From the IMG/VR virus record IMGVR_UViG_3300042879_006196, positions 1 to 64,000 of that record: a DNA stretch of 64,000 nucleotides; one strand, given 5' to 3'. The notes under the pieces were generated by a model. It was not told the DNA's origin, did no database searches, and saw nothing but the letters and a program-made list of their open reading frames with translations. The first letter of the stretch is position 1; each line of letters opens with the position of its first letter. The translations under genes and the position numbers were made by a program. Positions 18,083 to 27,968 of the stretch are shown here, piece after piece.

Positions 18083-20204
18083 CTTTGTAATCGACATGAA
18101 TTCCTCATTTGCACAACGAAAGTTCTCAGTTAAAACTGAGAATCTTGCTCATTTGTTCGACATAATGAGAAATTACATTTACTCAAACAAAATTCTTGCA
18201 GTTATTAGAGAGTACTCTACAAATGCAATTGATGCAAACATAAAAAATAACTTTGCATCTAGACCAATTTCAATCACATTGCCTACGTACTTCGAACCTA
18301 CATTTTCTGTAAGAGACTATGGCGCAGGTTTGAGCGAAGAAGAAATTTTTGAAATTTATTCTAGTTATGGAGAATCCACTAAAAGAGAAAGCAATGAATA
18401 CATTGGTAATCTTGGTATTGGAAGCAAATCTGGCTTCGCTTATTCTGATTCATTTACCATTACTTCATTCCATAATGGAACAAAAAAAATCTATGAAGCT
18501 TTCATTGATGAATCACAAATTGGTACAATTGCAAAAATTCATGAAGAAAAAAATGACAGTGAAAGCGGATTGTTAATATCTATTTCTGTTAATAAAAATG
18601 ACATCAATTATTTCAAAATTGAAGCAGAAAAGTTTTTCATGTGGTGGGATGTTACACCTGAATTTATTGGTGTCCAACCTGATTTTATGTCTCAATTTTC
18701 AACATACAAAAATGAATATTCTTCTAGTATTTGTCAAATCTTTTCAAAAAGATATTCTGAAACTTCAATTTCAGTTAAAATGGGTAATATTCTTTATCCA
18801 GTTACAAATTTTGATAAAATTGATTGTGATTGGTTGAAAGGTTTGTCTGTTGTCATTAAAGTAGGGCTTGGAGAAGTAAGTCACTCCGCTTCAAGAGAAT
18901 CTCTTGAAATGAATAGTTTAACTGTAGATACAATTAATACATATCTTCAAAAAATAAGAGAGACACTTACAGCACATTTCCTGAAGCAAATTGATGATTG
19001 CAAAACACCTTGGGGCGCAATCATAGAATATCATAATATGTCTTTTTTCGCTCAACAAACGATTGGTAAAAAAATATCTTGGAAAGGTAAAACTCTATCA
19101 ACGCAGTTACCGTCTAGTTTTCAATATTGTTTCTTTGATACATACTACAAAAAATGGAAGAAAAATGTAACTGTTCGATACTCCGCTGGAGACAGTGTGG
19201 CTTTTATTTTGAATGATGGAGGTTTTCCAGCGTCACAAACTAGAGCAAGGCTTCTAGCCGCACGTGATAAACTCAACAAGACAAACCTTTACACAAGTAT
19301 CATTTACATAAAAGGTTCAATCTCAGACACAAATGATTTACTAAAAAGTGACGAATTGATTGGATCAAATTATGTCAAGCTTTCAACGGTATTAGCAATT
19401 CCTACTAAAAATAAAAGTAAAAAAGCTGTTGCTGGAAAGATTCTTGAATGGAATTCCACAACAACATTTCCATACTCTACTTGCTGGGACTCTGTAGATA
19501 TACCAGACAGTGATGAAGAAATGATTTATGTTGAGATTGAAAAATTTGTGCCTGTCATGAGCAATTTTAATAACAGTAGCCGAGCGAGGTTTTATGATCT
19601 TAAAAATTGTTTGAATTTGATTCGTGATGTGGATAATAAAGTTTTCAAAATTTACGGAGTAAAAGCTGGTCAAAAATTACCTAAAAATTTTATTAGTCTG
19701 CATGATTACATGGAAAGGATGATTGTAAAATTCATTAAAACAGACGATTTTGTTGATAGTTATGTTCAACATGCAATTAGTCAAGTTAATTTAAGAACAT
19801 CATTCTTGAGTAGTGCAAGAACTCTAATGCAAACATTTGATACTGATATAATGAACAAATTCAATGATGTAAAATGCGAAAAGCTCAAGGCAATGTTTTA
19901 CTTTACTAAGCCTATGATGAATAAATTTTATCATCTTTTGACGAACATAAAAAACATTTCATTTCATTTTCCTAAAATAACCACTGCCTTGTCAGAGTTG
20001 GATGATTTGAAAGACAAAAGATTACAAGTTTGGAATCAAAACAAAAATTATTGTTTGGAAAATTATCCAATGATTGAATTTCATTATTCTCCAAACACTA
20101 TGGCTTTGACAAAAATGTTTGAATATGTAAATTCAATTCACGCAACACAAAACACTGAGAGGCACAAAAAGCCAATCAAAATTTCATCAAAAATTAATGT
20201 TTGA
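18063..20204 (+). CDS. rIIA: rIIA-like protein (N-terminal GHKL ATPase)
   Basis: Y.NK..AVIRE...NA.DA, F.VRDYG.GLS, YG.STKR.SN..IG.LG.GSKS.FAYSDSF, S.SRESL. Confidence 0.9.
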   Translation: MIQKKDDFVIDMNSSFAQRKFSVKTENLAHLFDIMRNYIYSNKILAVIREYSTNAIDANIKNNFASRPISITLPTYFEPTFSVRDYGAGLSEEEIFEIYSSYGESTKRESNEYIGNLGIGSKSGFAYSDSFTITSFHNGTKKIYEAFIDESQIGTIAKIHEEKNDSESGLLISISVNKNDINYFKIEAEKFFMWWDVTPEFIGVQPDFMSQFSTYKNEYSSSICQIFSKRYSETSISVKMGNILYPVTNFDKIDCDWLKGLSVVIKVGLGEVSHSASRESLEMNSLTVDTINTYLQKIRETLTAHFLKQIDDCKTPWGAIIEYHNMSFFAQQTIGKKISWKGKTLSTQLPSSFQYCFFDTYYKKWKKNVTVRYSAGDSVAFILNDGGFPASQTRARLLAARDKLNKTNLYTSIIYIKGSISDTNDLLKSDELIGSNYVKLSTVLAIPTKNKSKKAVAGKILEWNSTTTFPYSTCWDSVDIPDSDEEMIYVEIEKFVPVMSNFNNSSRARFYDLKNCLNLIRDVDNKVFKIYGVKAGQKLPKNFISLHDYMERMIVKFIKTDDFVDSYVQHAISQVNLRTSFLSSARTLMQTFDTDIMNKFNDVKCEKLKAMFYFTKPMMNKFYHLLTNIKNISFHFPKITTALSELDDLKDKRLQVWNQNKNYCLENYPMIEFHYSPNTMALTKMFEYVNSIHATQNTERHKKPIKISSKINV

Positions 20205-20474
20205 ATGACTTAGTTACCAACATGCAGAAAATTTAATCATGAAGTTTTTCAATAAATTCTTCTCACTGATTCAGATTGTGTGCATGTTGGTAATTTTGCC
20301 TTTTGCATTCTTTTACTTAACTATTTTAGATTTTTTGGATTACCAAAAATCAAAAAAAATGTAACTATTCTTGAATAGTTATCGTAAATAAAATTGTATT
20401 ATAGATTGAATCTTTTATAGAATTAGTGTGTAATACATTTTTTCCAGGTTTAACAAAACAGGATTATAATTAAC

Positions 20475-21569
20475 ATGGTTGAACAATTAACACAAGAACA
20501 AATAGACAGTTTTCCACGATTCAGAGATAAGTGGACAAACATCGGACGATCCACTGGCAGAGCTGACCTTTCAGTTGTAAAGCCAATTATCAACAAAATT
20601 TATGAGCAGAAAGATCTTGAAGCTCCAAAGTACTTCTTCCATTTTGGCAATCCGATGGATATGCTCAATGGACGAGTGATTTGCAGAATGCTCAACAGTT
20701 TTGATCCAAAAAATTATCAGAAAGATACAATCAATCTTGATAATGACTTCATGCGTATCTTTGATATGACCTATCAAATGTATTCTGAACAATTCGATTT
20801 GAAATCTGCACATGGTGTGGATTGGAGCGAAGACATCAAGCTTGGAATGCTTTCACATTGCCAAAATCTTTTGAAGTCTAAAAACATGCTTGCATACAGA
20901 AAAGAACTGGAAACTGATGTTCTTTATGGCAACCATGAAGCACACAATCTGGCTTACTACGAATTCTGGGACGAATGGTTCAAATTTGACTTCTTAAAGC
21001 CAATGCATGCATTTTTTGAACTCGCTAACCATCTTGGATGGTGGTGTGCTGAAAAAGAAGTGGCATATTTGTCAGACAAACCTGATGAAGTGCACGTGGA
21101 TGAACTAGGTAGACTTCACAACACCGCAGGACCAGCTGTCAAATACAGAGATGAATTCTCAATCTACTGCATCGAAAGCCATAGCGTTCCTGCCCACGTG
21201 GTAGAGGCACCAGACACAATTACAGTTGAAGAAATTGATTCTCAAACAAACGCTGAAGTTAGAAGAATTTTTATGACACAATTTGGATTCGAAAGATATT
21301 TCCAAGAAGCAAATTGTCAAATTATTGACCAGGATTTTACTGTTGTTGATTATAACAAACAAGAATCTATGCCAAGAATGCTCGTAAAAACTAAATTTGA
21401 TGATGTGTATTTGATCGGAACTGATGGCTCCACAAATCGTGTTTACTACATGCCAATTGGTAATGTAACCACAATCAAAGAAAGATTGGGTGTGAACATC
21501 AAAACCTGTAAGCAAGCACATGAAATCATTTCAGGTGTGAAAGAATCAAATATCATTTCGCAAAGCTAA
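20475..21569 (+). CDS. DUF6745-like protein
   Basis: N-terminal LT.EQ....R.KW..IG.ST..AD; C-terminal LH...GPA..Y.D.......VP..VV..P..IT...I....NAEVRR..M...G.ERY; recognised from memory. Confidence 0.75.
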   Translation: MVEQLTQEQIDSFPRFRDKWTNIGRSTGRADLSVVKPIINKIYEQKDLEAPKYFFHFGNPMDMLNGRVICRMLNSFDPKNYQKDTINLDNDFMRIFDMTYQMYSEQFDLKSAHGVDWSEDIKLGMLSHCQNLLKSKNMLAYRKELETDVLYGNHEAHNLAYYEFWDEWFKFDFLKPMHAFFELANHLGWWCAEKEVAYLSDKPDEVHVDELGRLHNTAGPAVKYRDEFSIYCIESHSVPAHVVEAPDTITVEEIDSQTNAEVRRIFMTQFGFERYFQEANCQIIDQDFTVVDYNKQESMPRMLVKTKFDDVYLIGTDGSTNRVYYMPIGNVTTIKERLGVNIKTCKQAHEIISGVKESNIISQS

Positions 21570-21599
21570 TATGTATAATAAATAACAAGGATAAAAAAA

Positions 21600-22037
21600 A
21601 TGACAAAAACCATTAAAAAAACCAAAGCTCAGAATAACCTTTCTGAAATTCAACAATTCGCCACTAAATCTAGCAACGATTGTCGCATCATTGACAAAAT
21701 TGAAGTGGGGCAGTGCGTGAGACAAGGGGATGTTTACATCACCCGAATCGAAAACTTCTCGAAAGTGGGATGCACTAAAGCAGGGCAAAAACTTGCTCCT
21801 GGTGACACCCCTGGCTCAAGACATTTTGTAGATGCACACGTTACTACTTGGCAAAATGAAAACACTGGAAAAGTTGTGCGAAATGAAGTGGGATTCACAT
21901 GTAAAGGATTGCTCCTTGAATGCGATAGAAGCTTCAAGGTCACACACCCTGAACATGCCCATTTCTATCTCCCTGCTGGCTCTTATGAAGTGAGCTATCA
22001 AGTTAACACCAAAGAAATGGCTAGAGTACTTGATTAA
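21600..22037 (+). CDS. Conserved small partner of DUF6745-type genes
   Basis: RQGDV, LA.G...G.RH, .THPEH....LP.G.YEV..Q, terminal RV.D. Confidence 0.7.
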   Translation: MTKTIKKTKAQNNLSEIQQFATKSSNDCRIIDKIEVGQCVRQGDVYITRIENFSKVGCTKAGQKLAPGDTPGSRHFVDAHVTTWQNENTGKVVRNEVGFTCKGLLLECDRSFKVTHPEHAHFYLPAGSYEVSYQVNTKEMARVLD

Positions 22038-22078
22038 AATCTAAAAACAACACACTCACATCTTTTCCAAAAACACCG

Positions 22079-22113
22079 AAGAGGACAATTCAAATATTGT
22101 CCTCTTTATTTTT
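22079..22113 (+). terminator. Intrinsic terminator closing the DUF6745 operon
   Basis: AAGAGGACAAT...ATTGTCCTCTT followed by a T-run. Confidence 0.8.
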
Positions 22114-22164
22114 CAATTTTTGCCCGATTTTTTCCAGATTTAACAATTATTATTTATATTAAAA

Positions 22165-25100
22165 ATGATCAACACAGATTGTGCGGAAGTAAATGAAAAA
22201 GTGAATCCTATACAGCATCATGCAATTAATCAAGTACAGTATGAATTGGAGATTGAAGTTTGGGATATGGTAAAATGTAAGGTATCAGGTGAGGTAAGTT
22301 GTCAGGTGTTCGATTGATTAATACAGATTGTGTGAAAGTGGAACATCCAGTGTGGACTCAAGTGCGAGATCAGCTGTTCTCTCAGGTGCAGTGGAAGGTG
22401 TGCCATAACGTGCTGACTCAGGTGGAGTGGAAGATGCATGATCAGGTGTGGTGGAAGGTGTTCGATTGATTAATACAGATTGTGTTAAGGTGTGGGAGAA
22501 AAAGGATAAGGTGAGGGGTCAGGTGTGTTATCAAGTGATGGGTCAGGTAGAAGATCAGGTGCATGGTCCTTTGTTTCGGGAAATGTGGTGGCAGGTGTGG
22601 TTTGAGGTTTTCAAATGATAAATACAGATTGTGTGAAGGTGAGGGAGAAAAAGATTCAGGAGTGCGATCAGGTGTATGAGCAGGTGTATGAGCAGGTGTA
22701 TTGTCAGGTGAGTAATCATGTGGAGTATCAGGTGTGGGAGCAGGTGTGGTGCAAGGTATGTAAAAAAGTGTGGTTTAAGGTCTATAATGATTAATACAGA
22801 TTGTGTGGAGGTGAGGGAGAAAAAGAATCAGGCGACTGAGCAGGTGTATGAGCAGGTGTGTGAGCAGGTGGGGTGGAATGTGGAGTATCAGGTGTGGGAG
22901 CAGGTAGAAGATCAGGTGTGGGATCGTTTGTTTTGGTACTCGCGCTTTGAGGTGTTCAAATGATTAATACAGATTGTGTGGTGAAGAAGCAGGTGTGGGA
23001 GTATGTAGAAAGTCAGGTGTTGTGGAAGGTGTATGATTGGGTGAGTGAGCAGGTGAATTGGCAAGTGGAGATTCAGTTGTGGGATAAGCTGTTTGCTCAG
23101 GAAAGACATCAGGTACGGCATCAGGTAAAAGTGAAGGTGTTCAAATGATTAATACAGATTGTGTGGAAGTTGAAAGCCATGTGAAGAATCAGGGGTTTGA
23201 TCAGGTGTGGAATCAGGTGGAACTTCAGGTGTGGGGTCAGGTGTGGGATTATTTGTGGTGGAAGGTGTGGCTTGAGGTGTTCGAATGATTAATACAGATT
23301 GTGTGTATGATTGGGTGAGTGGTGATTGGGTGAGTGATCAGGTGGAGCTTCATGTGAGGAATCAAGTGCGGGGTCAGGTGTGGGGTCAGGTGTGGGATAA
23401 GGTGCGGGATCAGGTGGAGTATCAGGTGTGGGAGCAGGTGTGGTTTGAGGTGCTCAGATGATTAATACAGATTGTGTGGAAGATCAGGTGGAGTATCAGG
23501 TGGAGTATCAGGTGGAGCTTCAGAAGTGGGGTCAGGTGTGGGATGAGGTGTGGTGGAAGGTGTGGCTTGAGGTAAGTGATCAAGTAAGGGATCAGGTGTT
23601 TTATAAGGTGTGGTTTGAGGTGTTCTATGATTAATACAGATTATGTGGTAAATAAGCAGGTGTGGTGGCATGCAGAAGATCAGGTGTTTTCGAATATGCG
23701 TGATTGGGTGTGGTGGCATGTAGAAGATCAGGTGTATGATCAGGTAAGGATATTGGTGCAGATTCATGTGTGGGATCAGGTGGGGGGTCAGGTGTATGAC
23801 CAGGTGTTCTATGATTAATACAGATTGTGTGAAGGTAAAGAAGCAGGTGTGGGAGCATGTAGAAAATCAGGTGTGGTTTGAGGTGTATGATTGGGTGAGT
23901 GAGCAGGTGAATTGGCAAGTGGAGATTCAGTTGTGGGATGAGGTGTTGTATCAGGTGTTGTGGATTAAGGTGTTTAGATGATTAATACAGATTGTGTGAA
24001 GATAAAAAATCAAATGTATGATCAGGTGGAGTGGAAGGTGTATGATCAGGAGTGGTGGTATCGGGTGAGCATTCTAGTGTTGGATCAGTTGGAGTATAAG
24101 GTGTGTAATCAGGTGTGGTGGGAGGTGTATAAGGGTGTGTGGCAGGTGTTAAAATGATTAATACAGATTGTGTGGAAGATCAGGTGTGGGATCAGGTGGA
24201 GCTTCAGGTGTGTAATCATGTGTGGTATCATGTGAGGTATCAGGCGTCTCAGCAGTTGGGGGTTAAGGTGAGAGGTCAGGTGAAATACAAGGTGAGGTAT
24301 CATGTGAGAGATCAAGTGGTGTGTGAGGTGTGGTATGATTAATACAGATTGTGTCAAGGTGAGGGAGCAAGATAAGGTGTGGGATCAGGTGTGGTGGAAG
24401 GTGCTCAAATGATTAAAACAGATATTGTGAAAGTGAAACGTGAAAATCAAATGTGTTTTAAGATTTATCACAATTTGGAACAACAAGTGCACTGGAATAT
24501 ACTTTATCTGGTGAAAGCTCAAACGAAAAATAGACTTTTTGCACAGAAGAATCTGCTGGGTAGGATTGTAGATCGCGAGATCAAAAGGCGCTCAAATGAT
24601 TAATACAGATTGTGTGGTTGTGTGGAATCAGGTGAGACATCAGGTACGGCATCAGGTAAAAGTGAAGGTGTTCAAATGATTAATACAGATTGTGTGGAGG
24701 TATGTGAGATTAATCATGTATGGACTCAGGTGAATTATAAGGTGACACATCAGGTGAAGAGAGTGGCATCTCAGGTTCACTCTGAGGTGAGACATCAGGT
24801 ACGGCATCAGGTGTGGTGTGAGGTAGAGGATCAGGTGGAGTGGAATGTGTGGAATAAGGTGCTGGGTCAGGTGTGGAATCAGGTGAGGATTCAGGTGTGG
24901 TATGATTAATACAGATTGTGTGGAAGATCAGGTGTGGGATCAGGTGGAGCTTCAGGTGTGTAATCAGGTGAGGTATCAGGTGAGGTATCAGGTGAGGGTT
25001 CAGGTGTGTGATAAGGTGAGGGGGAGGTGGTGCTACGTAAGAGTGAAGGTGTTGTTTAAGGTGTTCAGATGATTAATACAGATTGTGTGGAAGATCAGGT

Positions 25101-27430
25101 GTGGGATCAGGTGGAGCTTCAGGTGTGTAATCAGGCGAGGTATCAGGTGAGGTATCAGGTGAGGGAGGAGGTGTCTGATAAGGTGAGGGGTCAGGTGAGA
25201 TATAAGGTGAGGCATCATGTGAGAGATCAGGTGGTGTGTGAGGTGTTCTATGATTAATACAGATTGTGTAAAGGTGAGGGAGCAAGATAAGGTGTGGAAT
25301 CAGGTGCAGGATCATGTGTGGTTTGAGTTGTGGTATAAGGTGCGGGATCAGGTGAAGATTGAGGTGAGGTTTCAGGTGTGGGTTCAGGTGTTCAAATGAT
25401 AAATACAGATTGTGTGGAAGTGGAAGATGATTCAAATTTGACTAAAATGAAACATGTGTTGACTCATGTGCGCGATAGGGTGGAGGTTAGGGTGTGGTTT
25501 GCGGTGTCGGCTCTTGTGGAATGTCGGTATTGGTATGAAGTAAGAGATAATGTGTTCTAATGATTAATACAGATTGTGTGGAAGTGAAACATCCAGTGTG
25601 GGGTGAGGTGAGGGAACAGGCAAGGGTTACAATAGTTTATCATTTGTGGCATCAGGTGTGGTACCAGGTTGCGTGGGATGTAGAGGATCAGGTGTTGGAT
25701 CAGGTGTGGAATCAGGTGTTCTAATGATTAATACAGATTGTGTGGTAGCGAAGAATCTGGTGCGGAATCAAATGAGGAATCATGTACAGTATCAGGTGCA
25801 GACTCAGGTGTATGAAAAGGTAGATTATCAGGTGTGGGATAAGGTGCGATGGAAGGTGTATGCTCAGGTGCGGGATAAGGTGTTTAGATGATTAATACAG
25901 ATTGTGTGGAAGTGAGGGAGCGGGATCAGGCGTGGAAAAAAGTGCAGAATCATGTGTGGAATCAGGTGCAGGATCATGTGTGGTTTGAGTTGTGGTATAA
26001 GGTGCGGGATCAGGTGAAGATTGAGGTGTGGAATAGGGTGTGGTGGAAGGTGTTCAAATGATAAATACAGATTGTGTGAAAGATCAGGTGTGGAATCAGG
26101 TGTGGAATAAGGTGTTGAATCAGGCGTGGGGTCAGGTGGAGTATCAGGTGGAGATTCAGGTGTGGGATCAGGTATGGATTCAGGTATGGAAGGTGTGTTG
26201 TAAAATACAGAATCAGGTGTGGCATGATTAATACAGATTGTGTGGATGTATGTGATAATAATTATCAGTTTTGGTATGTAGTGTCTCAGGTTCAGGTTGA
26301 GGCAAATCAGGTGGAGATTCAGGTGTTTAGACAAGTGAGGAAACTAACGTGGGCTCAGGTAAGATATCAGGTGACACACAAGGTAATTGATCAGGTGTGG
26401 TATGATTAATACAGATTGTGTGAAAGATCAGGTGTGGAATAAGGCGCTGGATCAGAAGTGGGGTCAGGTGAGGAAACAGGTGTGTGAGCATGTATGGGAT
26501 CAGGTGTGGAATAAGGTGTGGGATCGTTTGTTTTGGGTAAGATTCAAGGTGAAGTATCAGGTGTGGCATGATTAATACAGATTGTGTGAAAGTGAGTGAG
26601 TGTGATAAGGTGCAGGATCAGGTGAGACAGCAGATGCGGGATCAGGTGAAAGATCAGGCGTTGAAGGGGTTTATTCAGGTATATTGGCAGGTGAGTAATC
26701 AGGTGGAGTATAAGGTGTGGGAGAAGGTGATCAAACAGGTACGACTTCAGGTGTGGTATGATTAATACAGATTGTGTGAAAGAGCAGGTGTGGAATAAGG
26801 TGCTGGGTCAGGTGAGATACAAGGTGAGGTATCAGGTAGAGGATAAGGTGGAGTGGAAGGTGTTAAATCAGGTATATGATAAGGTGTTTAAATTGAATTA
26901 TAAGGTGTTGAAAAAGGTGTTCAGATGATTAATACAGATTGTATAGAGATATTTGAGATTGAAGATCAGGCGTTGGATCAGGTGAGTGATCAGGTGGAGA
27001 TGGAGGTGAGGTATCAGGTGAGATATAAGGTGAGGCATCATGTGAGAGATCAGGTGTGGTGTGAGGTGTTCTATGATTAATACAGATTGTATAGAGATAT
27101 TTGAGATTGAAGATCAGGCGTTGGATCAGGTGAGTGATCAGGTGGAGATGGAGGTGTGGCATCATGTGTTGGATCAAGTTGTGGGTGAGGTGTGGTATCA
27201 GGTGTGGTATCAGGTGAATTATCAGGTGTGGTATGATTAATACAGATTGTGTGAAAGTGAAACGTGAAGATCAATTGTGTTTTAAGATTTATTATAATTT
27301 CGATCATAAAATGCACTGGGAGATGATGTATCAAGCGCATTACAAACCCCAATATCAAGCAGAATATTATTTATGCTGTAATATTTACAATAAAGGATGG
27401 AAGCAGATAACAGAGCAGATATTCAAATGA
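22165..27430 (+). repeat. MINTDCV micro-ORF array, block 2 (32 units by manual count)
   Basis: Repeats from 22165 to 27233 at about 75-230 bp spacing; first ATG lies directly behind the promoter at about 22126-22160. Confidence 0.95.
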
Positions 27431-27968
27431 TGAATCACTTCAAAGATTCCTTTTTTATGAAACATCCCACTGGACTCCGCGACAAAAAATGATCCCTCTT
27501 TAATGCAGAATAAAACACCTTTTCATCACCCTTTTTGTACCCCACACCTGACCAAAAACAAGGCTTCACACACACTAATTTATATGCCTTTCTGTTCATT
27601 TTTTACTCTATGAATTCCTATATGAACACACAATCTGAAACACGATCTCTATATCCCTAATACAATTAAGATACAATTAAAAAATCACATATTCATTATG
27701 CATTTTTTTCACCTTCCACCACCTCAAATGATAAAAAAAAAATTACACAAGATATATATGATTTTTTTCAATTTTTTCTACTCTATGAAAAATTAATGAG
27801 ATTTTTTGTCAAATCATTTTTCATCTCTGAAAAAATCATATCATTTTCTCTTTCTATTTTTTTCTGATTTTCGCCCGATTTTTCCTCATCAATTTTGCCC
27901 GATTTTTTCCAGTTTTAACATTTTCTTTTTATAATGTTTCCAAGACAAATTTCGTAGAATGTAGTGGT

